Shown here in pieces: positions 9,221 to 18,479 of a stretch of 64,000 nt of DNA. Below the pieces are notes generated by a model. It searched no databases. It was not told the origin of the DNA and saw only the letters and a program-made list of their open reading frames with translations. Position numbers and translations under genes: made by a program. Every line of letters begins with the position of its first letter. Position 1 is the stretch's first letter. The DNA is from Desulfuromonadales bacterium (GTDB lineage: Bacteria > Desulfobacterota > Desulfuromonadia > Desulfuromonadales > JAHYIW01), in assembly GCA_029210745.1 (NCBI GenBank), contig JARGFI010000009.1:852-64851 (forward strand), read 5' to 3'.

Positions 9221-10609
9221 TTATCCGAGTTCGTTGTATTCGCGGGCGCGAAACTTCACCCCTGTCTCGTCTGCCGCGGCACGACATGCCGCCATATCCA
9301 GGCCGGGCAGGGCTACTGCGGTTGCAATCACCTCGGGAATATGCGCCTTCGCCAGAGTCAGAAACTCCTTAACCGCGACGTACCCCTGTTCACCGAAACG
9401 CGAACGGCACCAGTGCTGATACGTCGCGGCATCGGCAGCGTTGAGCGACACCGAAACAGTGTCGATCAGCCCGTGCAATTCCGGCAGAATATTGCGCTGA
9501 TGAACCAGGTTGGCCTGGCCGTCAGTGTTGACCCGCACTTTACACCCTTGCTCCTTGAGCCAGGCGGCAATTTCCTTGACCAGATCAATCCGCAACAATG
9601 GTTCACCGTAGCCGCAGAAAACCACTTCGCGAAAACGGGACGGATCGCCGATGGCGGCACGTACCTCGGCGACCGACGGCTCACGCTCCAGTTTGAGCTG
9701 ATGGCCTTTAACTGTCCAATCCTTGAATTTGGCGCAAAAAGTACAGCTGTTGGTGCATCGATTGGTGATGTTGAGATAAAGGGAATCGCGGATGGCGTAA
9801 GCTATCCGCGCCGATTGATCGATGTCACCAATACCGAACAGGCGATAGGCGTTAAGGCTGGTGATGCGGCTGATGTCGGCGAGCGACAGCCCTTTGATCT
9901 CAGCCAGTTTTTCCGCAGTGTAACGCAGGTAGGCGGGTTCATTGCGTTTACCGCGAAATTTTTGCGGTGACAGATATGGGCAGTCGGTTTCGATCAATAG
10001 ATGATCCGTGGAAATCGACCGCGCCACGGCGCGCAGTGCGTCGTTATTCGGATAGGTGATGGTTGCGGGGAAAGAGATGTAAAACCCGAGCTCAATGCAG
10101 GCGTGAGCCATGGCGATGTCACCAGAGAAACAGTGCAGTACACCGCCGACCGCTGCCGCGTCTTCTTCGCGCAAAATGGTCAACACATCGTCGTGCGCGT
10201 CACGATCATGAACAATGAGCGGAAGATTGACCTCTTTGGCCAGCGCGATCTGGTGACGAAAACAGTTGTGCTGAATGGCGCGCGGTGCGCGGTCACGATA
10301 ATAATCCAGCCCCATCTCGCCGACCGCGACAACCTTGTCAGATGATACAATCAGCTGTTGCAATGCGGCGCGAGTTTCTGCGTTGGCCGTTGCGGCATCG
10401 TGGGGGTGAATGCCAACTGCGGCATAGATGTGCGGGGTGCTCTTTGCCAATTCCACCGCAGCCTGTGAACTCTTCAAGTCGCAGCCGACGGTAAGGATGT
10501 GCGTGACCCCGGCAGCGGTGGCGCGAGTGATCACTGCCGCGCGGTCCGCGTCGTAGCCAGCTCCATCAAGGTGTGCATGGGTGTCTGTCAATTGAACAAG
10601 TGGATTCAT
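9221..10609 (-). CDS. tatD: TatD-family hydrolase fused to a radical SAM domain
   Basis: DTHAHL, GIHPH, GEMGLDY, HDRDA, HCFSG, ETDCPYL, NEP, then YLNITNRCTNSCTFC (CxxxCxxC) and GYGEP. Confidence 0.92.
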   Translation of the reverse strand: MNPLVQLTDTHAHLDGAGYDADRAAVITRATAAGVTHILTVGCDLKSSQAAVELAKSTPHIYAAVGIHPHDAATANAETRAALQQLIVSSDKVVAVGEMGLDYYRDRAPRAIQHNCFRHQIALAKEVNLPLIVHDRDAHDDVLTILREEDAAAVGGVLHCFSGDIAMAHACIELGFYISFPATITYPNNDALRAVARSISTDHLLIETDCPYLSPQKFRGKRNEPAYLRYTAEKLAEIKGLSLADISRITSLNAYRLFGIGDIDQSARIAYAIRDSLYLNITNRCTNSCTFCAKFKDWTVKGHQLKLEREPSVAEVRAAIGDPSRFREVVFCGYGEPLLRIDLVKEIAAWLKEQGCKVRVNTDGQANLVHQRNILPELHGLIDTVSVSLNAADAATYQHWCRSRFGEQGYVAVKEFLTLAKAHIPEVIATAVALPGLDMAACRAAADETGVKFRAREYNELG

Positions 10610-10630
10610 CGTGAGCGTTCCATGGCAGGG

Positions 10631-10660
10631 TTAAACAGGGGACGCCGAAGCGTCCCCTGT
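10631..10660 (-). terminator. Hairpin/terminator between metG and tatD
   Basis: Perfect 11-bp stem ACAGGGGACGC-(TTCG on minus strand)-GCGTCCCCTGT with a short T run on the minus strand. Confidence 0.6.
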
Positions 10661-10702
10661 GGTCGGTTCACATGCAAGTTGCTGTCACCTGCGAAGTGAC
10701 GG

Positions 10703-12232
10703 CTACTCGTGCTCAATGCGCGGAAAAAGCGGCTCAGCTTTGGCGATTCTGGTGCCTGGCTGCAACCCACCCCAATGATCATTCCCGTCAAGCGTAACAT
10801 TGTTTCCGTCACACCCCAGGGTGGTGAGGATTGAGGCGGCACTCCCCGGCATGAACGGTGCGATCAGCAGCGCGATCAGGCGTACCCCTTCGAGCAGGTT
10901 GTACATCACTGTTCCCAGTCGTGTGCGCTGTGATGCATCTTTCGCCAACGTCCAGGGGGCGGATTCATCGATATATTTGTTCGCCGCGCTGACCAGTTCC
11001 CAAATCGTCTGCAACGTTTTATTGAAGGCCATCTCGGTCATCTGCCGATCGATTAAAGTAATTGCCGCCGGAAATTTTTCCTGCAAGAGGCGGTCAATCT
11101 CTGCAAGTTCGCCTGGCGCCGGCAATTCCCCGTCAAAGTACTTGTTGAGCATGGCGGTCGTACGGCTGAGCAGATTTCCCAGATCGTTGGCCAGGTCAGA
11201 ATTAATGCGATGTATCAGCGCCGCATGAGAGAAGTCGCCGTCGAGACCGAACGGAACCTCACGCAGCAGGAAGTAGCGGATCGCATCGACCCCGTATTTG
11301 TCGACCAGCATATGTGGCTCGACAACGTTACGCAGGCTCTTGCTCATCTTTTGACCCTCGACCGTCCACCAACCGTGAGCAAAGATTTTTTTCGGCAATG
11401 GAATCCCTGCGGCGAGCAGGAAGGTCGGCCAGTAAACCGCGTGGAAGCGTAGAATATCCTTGCCAATAACATGTGCGTCGACGGGCCAGAATGCACCATA
11501 ATGACCTTCCAGATCAGGATACCCGAGAGCGGTAATGTAGTTGCTCAGCGCATCGAACCAGACGTAGATGACGTGCTTTTCATCCTCCGGAACCGGAATC
11601 CCCCAGGAGAAAGAGGTGCGGGAGATAGACAGGTCACGTAACCCTTCTTTGACAAAACTGAGGATCTCGTTGCGGCGGGAACGTGGTTGAATGAAATCCG
11701 GATGATCCTCGATGTGCTTGAGTAACTGGTCCTGATATTTGCTCATCCGAAAGAAATAAGACTCTTCCTTCAATTTATCCGTCGGTCGACCGCAATCGGG
11801 ACAACTGCCATCCATCAATTGTTTTTCAGTCCAGAAGGTTTCACAGGGAGTGCAGTACCAGTCTTCGTATTCGCCGAGATAAATATCGCCCTTGCCCTGA
11901 ATGAGCTTAAACAGGTGATGAACCCCTTTTTTGTGTCGCTCCTGAGAGGTGCGAATAAAGTCGTCGTGAGTGATATTAAGCTTTTCCCACAGCGACTGGT
12001 AGCGTTTCATCACCCGGTCGGCCAGTTCGAGAGGCGTCTCACCCTGAGCGTGGGCGGCTTTTTCAACTTTCTGGCCATGCTCGTCGGTGCCGGTGAGAAA
12101 GAATACTTTGTAACCGCGAGCACGTTTGTAACGGGCCATTGCGTCGCAGGCCAAAGTGGTATAGGCGTGGCCAATGTGAGGGACGTCATTCACGTAATAG
12201 ATCGGGGTGGTGACGTAAAAATGCTTGTCCAT
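10703..12232 (-). CDS. metG: Methionyl-tRNA synthetase (short form without the C-terminal OB dimerisation domain)
   Basis: YVTTPIYY, HIGH, CxxC/CxxC zinc knuckle, YVWFDAL, KMSKS; ends LFPRIE. Confidence 0.97.
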   Translation of the reverse strand: MDKHFYVTTPIYYVNDVPHIGHAYTTLACDAMARYKRARGYKVFFLTGTDEHGQKVEKAAHAQGETPLELADRVMKRYQSLWEKLNITHDDFIRTSQERHKKGVHHLFKLIQGKGDIYLGEYEDWYCTPCETFWTEKQLMDGSCPDCGRPTDKLKEESYFFRMSKYQDQLLKHIEDHPDFIQPRSRRNEILSFVKEGLRDLSISRTSFSWGIPVPEDEKHVIYVWFDALSNYITALGYPDLEGHYGAFWPVDAHVIGKDILRFHAVYWPTFLLAAGIPLPKKIFAHGWWTVEGQKMSKSLRNVVEPHMLVDKYGVDAIRYFLLREVPFGLDGDFSHAALIHRINSDLANDLGNLLSRTTAMLNKYFDGELPAPGELAEIDRLLQEKFPAAITLIDRQMTEMAFNKTLQTIWELVSAANKYIDESAPWTLAKDASQRTRLGTVMYNLLEGVRLIALLIAPFMPGSAASILTTLGCDGNNVTLDGNDHWGGLQPGTRIAKAEPLFPRIEHE

Positions 12233-13449
12233 TATTTATCTCCAGAATCCGGTTTGTCGCTCCGCCCGCGGCGGCGCCCGCGGCGACGAATACGTTTTTT
12301 CCCGTCTGTCTGCCCCTTTAGGGGCTCACCGGCTTTTTCGGCGGGCGGGCTATTGTTTGGGGGAGGTTGTTGGCGTTTTGTCTCTTGTTCCTTTGTCCCT
12401 CCCTCGGCGCTGCTTGAGCGACGGCTGCGACGATTACGGCTGCGATTGCGCCGTTGTGGTTTGTCACCGTCCGTGTCGCCGTCAAGCGGGTCCTGTTGAG
12501 GACGATGTTTATCACCTTCGAGCGTCTGATTGCTTTCTGCGGAGGGGGGGAGGGGAGTTGTTCCCGCTGGTGATTCAGTGTGCTTCTGATGTCGTGAACA
12601 GGTGTGACCGGACTCTTTGCCGGAGCGGTGTTTGCCCGCACAGGGAGGGGCATTTCCGGCAGAGAACTGCTCTGCGCTAACCTCGGTACGGGTGCCGTCA
12701 GCGAGCAAGAGGGTGATTGTGCGTTGCAGGATATGGGTGTCGCACACGATGGCATCCTGCCCATCCCAGACAAGCTTGCGACCGCTCTTTGGCAGCCCCT
12801 TTTTAAGATCACAATAGGTTTCGTACTCGTAGCTGAGGCAGCAGAGAAGACGCCCACACTGGCCGGAAATCTTTCCCGGATTAAGCGCCAACCCTTGCTC
12901 TTTCGCCATTTTGACAGAGACCGGGGTAAATTCAGTCAGGAAGGAACAGCAACACAACTCTCGCCCGCATACACCAAGTCCACCAATCATCTTCGCTTCA
13001 TCGCGTACGCCGATCTGGCGCATTTCAATGCGGGTGTGAAAATGGTGGGCAAGGTCCTTGACCAGTTCGCGAAAGTCGATGCGGCCATCTGCCGTGAAAT
13101 AAAAGATGATTTTTGATCCATCGAACAGATATTCGGCGCGCACCAGTTTCATGTTCAGACTACGTTCCTGGATGCGTTTATGGGTGTAGCGCTGAGCTTC
13201 TTCCTCGCGTGCCGTATTTCCGGAAGCCATCGTCAGATCATCCGCAGTCGCGGGGCGCAGGACGGCCTTCAAATTTTCCGGCGCTTCTTCATCGGCGATT
13301 TCGCGTGGGGGAACAACAACCGTGGCGAGAGCACGACCGCGATCAGTTTCAACGATGATTTTATCCCCGCGGCCAAAGCGATAATTTTGCGCGTTAAAAT
13401 CATATTGTCGTCCCGCGTCGCGGAACTTGACAGTAACCAGGCGTATCAT
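12232..13449 (-). CDS. ricT: PSP1/RicT (YaaT) family protein with Arg-rich C-terminal tail
   Basis: FTADGRIDFRELVKDLA, RIEMRQIGVRDEAK, GVCGRELCC, KISGQCGRLLCCL; located between holB and metG. Confidence 0.9.
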   Translation of the reverse strand: MIRLVTVKFRDAGRQYDFNAQNYRFGRGDKIIVETDRGRALATVVVPPREIADEEAPENLKAVLRPATADDLTMASGNTAREEEAQRYTHKRIQERSLNMKLVRAEYLFDGSKIIFYFTADGRIDFRELVKDLAHHFHTRIEMRQIGVRDEAKMIGGLGVCGRELCCCSFLTEFTPVSVKMAKEQGLALNPGKISGQCGRLLCCLSYEYETYCDLKKGLPKSGRKLVWDGQDAIVCDTHILQRTITLLLADGTRTEVSAEQFSAGNAPPCAGKHRSGKESGHTCSRHQKHTESPAGTTPLPPSAESNQTLEGDKHRPQQDPLDGDTDGDKPQRRNRSRNRRSRRSSSAEGGTKEQETKRQQPPPNNSPPAEKAGEPLKGQTDGKKRIRRRGRRRGRSDKPDSGDK

Positions 13450-13475
13450 GGCAATCCTTTATGTTAATCGTCTTG

Positions 13476-14438
13476 TCAGGCCACCAGCTGCAAGAGCAGG
13501 GTTTCCATCGCCAGCTGGCGGTTGACATTGCGTTCGAGACGGTGACGGGTTTCTTTAATTGCAACGAGTTTGTTGAGCAGCTCCAGCGTACTATGTTTTC
13601 CTGCTACGGTCTCTATGTTAGCACGTAAATCAATATTGATAAACTGTGCGGCTCCATCATGTCGGCGCAACAGCGCATCACGATAAAATGCCTGATAAAT
13701 CTCCAGAACTTCGGGCAGGCGATCTTTGTCCGCCGCCAGTCTTTCCGCCAACGCGAAAATTGGCAGGATACTGCCGGACGACAACATCACCAGCGACTGA
13801 ATCAGTTCACGCCGTTCGTTAAGGTAAAGATCACGATCCCTGCCCAGTGCTTTTTTGAAGCTGCCCTCCGAAAGTGCGGCAAGAATGTGGCTTTCCTCGT
13901 CGTTCAAGTCAAGCTGAACACGGAGCTCATCTTCCAGTTGGACAGCGGCAAGGCGATTGAATGGGAGGGGCTGACAGCGGGAACGAATCGTTTGCAGCAC
14001 CCGTTGAGGGTGGGCGGTCAACAGAATAAAAATGGCGTTTCCGGGCGGCTCTTCCAGCGTTTTGAGCAAGGCATTGCCGGATGACCGGTTCAGTTTGTCG
14101 GCGGCTTCAATCAGGCAGATCTTGCGTGAAGCCTCCAGTGCACGATAGGCCAACTCTTTTTGCAAAAGCCGGATTTGCTCGATCTTGATATTGGCTCCAT
14201 CAGCTTCAAGGATATGGAGGTCTGGATGATTGCCGTGATCAATTTTGCGACAGGCCGGGCAGTCACCGCACCCTTGAGCCGGGCAGAATACCGCACGCGC
14301 CAAGGCTAATGCCACCAGTCGCTTGCCAATCCCGTCGGGGCCGGTAAAGAGGTAGGCATTGGCCAGCCGATCACTTTTCAGGGCACGACGTAACAGGTCC
14401 TTTTGCCGTTCGTGGCCGAGGATCCGGGCGAATGTCAT
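13476..14438 (-). CDS. holB: DNA polymerase III subunit delta'
   Basis: AYLFTGPDGIGK, zinc cysteines, HPD, NALLKTLEEPP, TIRSRC; follows tmk. Confidence 0.95.
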   Translation of the reverse strand: MTFARILGHERQKDLLRRALKSDRLANAYLFTGPDGIGKRLVALALARAVFCPAQGCGDCPACRKIDHGNHPDLHILEADGANIKIEQIRLLQKELAYRALEASRKICLIEAADKLNRSSGNALLKTLEEPPGNAIFILLTAHPQRVLQTIRSRCQPLPFNRLAAVQLEDELRVQLDLNDEESHILAALSEGSFKKALGRDRDLYLNERRELIQSLVMLSSGSILPIFALAERLAADKDRLPEVLEIYQAFYRDALLRRHDGAAQFINIDLRANIETVAGKHSTLELLNKLVAIKETRHRLERNVNRQLAMETLLLQLVA

Positions 14439-15082
14439 GGTGTCTCCCGGGTTGAGATGACGTTGTCGACAACCTGTCGAATACGTCCGGCGATGCGTGC
14501 CGGAGAACCTTCGGCAGCAATGATCTGAAAACGTTTGTGCTGCGCCGCCAGCTGCAGGTACCCCTGTCGGACACGATGATGAAAAGCGAGGGATTCACGT
14601 TCAAAGCGATCTTCATTGTCGCCCTCAGCCTGTGCGTTGCGGGCGCGAGCGCGCTGGAGCCCTGCTTCTACCGGAAAATCAAGAAGCAGGGTCAGATCGG
14701 GGACAACGCTGTTGGTTGCAAGGCGGTTGAGGTCGCCGATCAAATCCAGATCAAGCCCCCGTCCGTGCCCCTGATAAGCGACTGTTGCATCGATGTAGCG
14801 ATCACAGATGACAATCGTGCCTGTGGCAAGCGCCGGACGGATGATCTCGTCGACATGCTGGGCCCGCGCTGCGGCGTAGAGGAGAAGCTCCGAACGCTGG
14901 GTCAGGGCGGTATTGGCGGCATCGAGAAGGATTGAACGAATGGCGTCGGAAATAACACATCCCCCCGGTTCACGTGTGGTCAGGACGGAATAACCGCTGG
15001 CGCGCAGATGTTCGGCGAGGTGTTGCGATTGTGTGGTCTTGCCGCAACCTTCGCTCCCTTCAAATGTAATAAAAAAAGGCAT
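14435..15082 (-). CDS. tmk: Thymidylate kinase
   Basis: FITFEGSEGCGKTT, TREPGG, CDRY, AYQG. Confidence 0.97.
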   Translation of the reverse strand: MPFFITFEGSEGCGKTTQSQHLAEHLRASGYSVLTTREPGGCVISDAIRSILLDAANTALTQRSELLLYAAARAQHVDEIIRPALATGTIVICDRYIDATVAYQGHGRGLDLDLIGDLNRLATNSVVPDLTLLLDFPVEAGLQRARARNAQAEGDNEDRFERESLAFHHRVRQGYLQLAAQHKRFQIIAAEGSPARIAGRIRQVVDNVISTRETP

Positions 15083-15329
15083 AGTTAACTGACTGTGAAA
15101 GAGTACTCTTCATCAGGAGTTGACCCTGAATTTTGTGAAAAAACGGGGTCAGTTGAAAATTTGTACGTCACCGGATTTTGTCAAAAGGTCAATCCTTGTA
15201 TTATAGAAAAGCACCGTGGCAAAGATCAAGGAAAATCCTGTAAGCATGTCGCTAAATATTGATAATAAATAGAGATTCAGTTATAGTCTCAAATCGTTTG
15301 CAGTCGATGACAGACAGGTGAGATAGAGG

Positions 15330-16046
15330 ATGGATATAACTTCGGCGATCGCTGCTTTACAGGAACGACTGGACTACCGTTTTAACGATCCAATGCTCCT
15401 GAAAACAGCGCTGACGCACAAATCGTTTCGTAATGAACAGCCAGCGGACATGGCTCCTGACGACAATGAGCGTCTGGAGTTTCTGGGGGATGCGGTCCTT
15501 GATCTGTTTATCGGTGAACGCCTCTACGAAATTGAGCCATCTTTGACCGAGGGCGAAATGACCAGGGTACGCGCCGAACTTGTCAGTGAAGTCGGTCTGG
15601 CCCGGGTTTCACGCACGTTGCAGCTGGGGGAATACCTGCTGCTGGGACGTGGTGAACGCAAAAGTGGCGGACCAGGCAAAGACAGTCTTCAGGCGAATAC
15701 ACTTGAAGCGGTGATCGGCGCGATCTTTCGCGATGGTGGGTGGCAGGCATTGACAACGGTTGCCGCGCGCCTGTTTTTACCGTTGATTATTGATAGCGTT
15801 GCACAATCAGCCGACAGTGCTGACAGTAAAAGCCGGTTACAGGAGCTTTTGCAGGCGCAAGGGAAAAAACCGCCGGAGTATCGGCTGATTGAAACCGAAG
15901 GCCCCGATCATGACCGAAGGTACCGTGTCGAGGTATTGATCGACGGTCAACGCGCCGGTTTTGGAAGTGGTCGTTCAAAGAAATTGGCGCAGCAGGTTGC
16001 TGCCCGGGAGGCGTTGCTCAATGTGCAGAAATTGTGCGATGAATAA
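15330..16046 (+). CDS. rnc: Ribonuclease III
   Basis: ALTHKS, NERLEFLGDAVL signature, C-terminal dsRBD (KSRLQE...GRSKK). Confidence 0.97.
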   Translation: MDITSAIAALQERLDYRFNDPMLLKTALTHKSFRNEQPADMAPDDNERLEFLGDAVLDLFIGERLYEIEPSLTEGEMTRVRAELVSEVGLARVSRTLQLGEYLLLGRGERKSGGPGKDSLQANTLEAVIGAIFRDGGWQALTTVAARLFLPLIIDSVAQSADSADSKSRLQELLQAQGKKPPEYRLIETEGPDHDRRYRVEVLIDGQRAGFGSGRSKKLAQQVAAREALLNVQKLCDE

Positions 16047-16102
16047 AGACTTTTCGACACACAAGGATATCTATTAACAGCCCGACGGCTGTGGAGGGAA
16101 CC

Positions 16103-16999
16103 ATGACAGATCATCTATTTAAATCGGGTTTTGTGGCGATTATCGGTCGTCCCAATGTCGGTAAATCGACGTTGCTGAACCGTCTTCTCGGACAGAAAAT
16201 TGCCATTACGTCGAACAAGCCGCAGACGACCCGAAATCGTATTCTGGGGATATTGACTGACGCAGAAAGTCAGACGCTTTTTCTTGACACCCCCGGCATT
16301 CATCCGGCGCGAGATGACTTGAACCGTTTCATGGTCGAAGAAGCGGTTGATGCCTGTGCCGATGTCGACATGATCCTGCTGACCATCGATGCCGAGCGCC
16401 CCGGTCTGGATCGTCTCGACCAGTTATTCAAAATTCTGGATGGAAGGCGGGCCACGGTATTGCTTGGAATCAACAAGATTGACCGTATTCCACGCCAGCA
16501 GTTGCTGCCGATGATTGCGCAATTGTCGAAACAGTTTTCATTTGCGGAAATTATTCCGTTTTCAGCACATACCGGTGAGGGGGTCGACACGCTACTCGCG
16601 GCGATTCGTTCGCGCTTGCCAGACGGTCCGCGCTATTACCCCGAGGATATTCTGACCGATTTGCCGGAACGTTTTATCGTCGCCGAGATGGTTCGTGAAC
16701 AGTTGTTGAAACAGACACATGAAGAGATTCCGTACGGGGTGGCGATCGTCGTAGAGAGTTTTACTGAACGAACTGATCGCGAGCTGATCGAAATCAAGGT
16801 TAAAATTATTGTTGAGCGGGCTTCGCACAAAGGGATTGTGCTGGGTAAAGGTGGCGAGAAGATTCGCGCCATAGGGACAGCGGCGCGGCATGATATCGAA
16901 CGTTTTATCGGTTCGAAGGTCTATCTGGAATTGTTCGTCAAGGTGCAAAAGAACTGGACCGAATCCGCACGATTACGTCAGGAATTTGGCTACAAATAA
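16103..16999 (+). CDS. era: GTPase Era
   Basis: [22 protein letters not shown] domain; ATG at 16103 after GGAGGG. Confidence 0.97.
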   Translation: MTDHLFKSGFVAIIGRPNVGKSTLLNRLLGQKIAITSNKPQTTRNRILGILTDAESQTLFLDTPGIHPARDDLNRFMVEEAVDACADVDMILLTIDAERPGLDRLDQLFKILDGRRATVLLGINKIDRIPRQQLLPMIAQLSKQFSFAEIIPFSAHTGEGVDTLLAAIRSRLPDGPRYYPEDILTDLPERFIVAEMVREQLLKQTHEEIPYGVAIVVESFTERTDRELIEIKVKIIVERASHKGIVLGKGGEKIRAIGTAARHDIERFIGSKVYLELFVKVQKNWTESARLRQEFGYK

Positions 17000-17035
17000 C
17001 AGCTATTGCCAAGTGTTGGCGAGAAAGAAAAGTAC

Positions 17036-18355
17036 ATGTTGCCAGTTGTAGCTATTGTTGGGCGTCCGAATGTCGGCAAGTCGACCCTTTTTAATCGTCT
17101 TTGTGGAAGTCGACGTGCCATCGTTGAAGATTTTCCGGGGGTTACCCGTGATCGTAATTATGCCGAAGTGACCAGACACGAAAAACCTTTTATGCTGATT
17201 GATACCGGCGGATTTGAGCCGGCCTCACGCGATCGTCTCCTGACGCAGATGCGTGAGCAATCGCAGTTGGCGATCGAAGAAGCGGACGTCATCATCTTTT
17301 TGATGGATGGACGCGAGGGATTGAATGCCTCCGATATAGATGTCGTGGCCATCTTGCGTCAAGTCAAAAAACCGGTGCTCTATGTGGCCAATAAAATCGA
17401 CGGTGGTGGGCTTGAACCCGCGCTGGGAGAGTTCTACTCGCTCGGTGTTGATGAAGTTTTGCCCGCTTCGGCCGAACATGGCTACGGGATCAATGATCTG
17501 ATTGATGCATTGATGAAGTTGCTGCCAGCTCCGGAGGTGGTCGCAGAAGATGAGCGTGAAACACGAATCGCCGTAATCGGTCGCCCGAATGTCGGTAAGT
17601 CGTCACTCGTCAACCGCATGCTTGGCTATGAGCGCGTGGTGGCCAACCCCACCGCCGGAACCACCCGTGACACTATTGATACCCCCTTTCAGTATCATTC
17701 AAAACGCTATGTGTTGATCGATACGGCGGGTATCAGGCGCAAGGGCAAGGTCAGTCAAAAACTTGAAAAGTTCAGTGTTATCCAGGCATTAAAAGGGATG
17801 GAACGGGCTCATATCACACTCGTTCTGATCGATGCAAGTGAGGGTGTTACCGACCAGGATGTGACCGTTGCGGGGTATGCCCATGAGAAGGGACGAGCCA
17901 TTATTCTGCTCGTCAATAAGTGGGATCTGGTCGCCAAAGACAATTCGTCAATGAAAAAATATACTGAAGATTTACGCATTAAATTCAAGTTTCTGGCTCA
18001 CGTTCCGATCCTTTTTATCTCTGCCGCCACTGGTCAGCGCGTGGCGAAGATTATGGATCTGGTTGAATCGGTTGCCGAGGAGTTTAACCGGAAAATTTCC
18101 ACGCCTGAGCTGAACCGGATTCTCAAGGAAGCCGAGGATGCCCATCCGCCGGCATTTTTCCAGGGACAACGCGTGAAATTCTACTATGCGACCCAGTCGG
18201 CAGTTCGACCGCCCACGTTTATCATTTTTGCTAATCGTGCGAAAGGGGTCCATTTTTCATATGAACGCTATCTGGTCAATAAATTTCGCGAAGCTTTCGG
18301 TTTTGACGGCGTGCCGATTCGACTGATCTTCCGTGACCGGGAACGTAATAAATAG
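17036..18355 (+). CDS. der: Ribosome biogenesis GTPase Der (EngA)
   Basis: Two tandem G domains (GRPNVGKS twice, DTGG/DTAG) plus KH-like C-terminus. Confidence 0.97.
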   Translation: MLPVVAIVGRPNVGKSTLFNRLCGSRRAIVEDFPGVTRDRNYAEVTRHEKPFMLIDTGGFEPASRDRLLTQMREQSQLAIEEADVIIFLMDGREGLNASDIDVVAILRQVKKPVLYVANKIDGGGLEPALGEFYSLGVDEVLPASAEHGYGINDLIDALMKLLPAPEVVAEDERETRIAVIGRPNVGKSSLVNRMLGYERVVANPTAGTTRDTIDTPFQYHSKRYVLIDTAGIRRKGKVSQKLEKFSVIQALKGMERAHITLVLIDASEGVTDQDVTVAGYAHEKGRAIILLVNKWDLVAKDNSSMKKYTEDLRIKFKFLAHVPILFISAATGQRVAKIMDLVESVAEEFNRKISTPELNRILKEAEDAHPPAFFQGQRVKFYYATQSAVRPPTFIIFANRAKGVHFSYERYLVNKFREAFGFDGVPIRLIFRDRERNK

Positions 18356-18365
18356 GCAATAATGC

Positions 18366-18394
18366 TTTACTTTCCCCAAGCCGTCCGCTATATT
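18366..18394 (+). promoter_or_regulatory. Putative sigma-70 promoter for the chemosensory cluster
   Basis: TTTACT-17 bp-TATATT in the der to che intergenic gap. Confidence 0.5.
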
Positions 18395-18479
18395 TACCTG
18401 TATTTTGCTGGCATCAACCTGGGTCGAGGCGACACGTGCCAGACCCTGCCTGTGATCGACAACCCTGAATGAGTTTTGC

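Noticed and set aside
10703..12232. metG as a truncated pseudogene
   Set aside because: Short monomeric MetRS lacking the OB domain is a known natural form, and all catalytic motifs are intact.
15119..15153. Imperfect inverted repeat in the tmk-rnc divergent gap
   Set aside because: An 8-bp stem with a G-U pair and a long loop; not distinguishable from chance.
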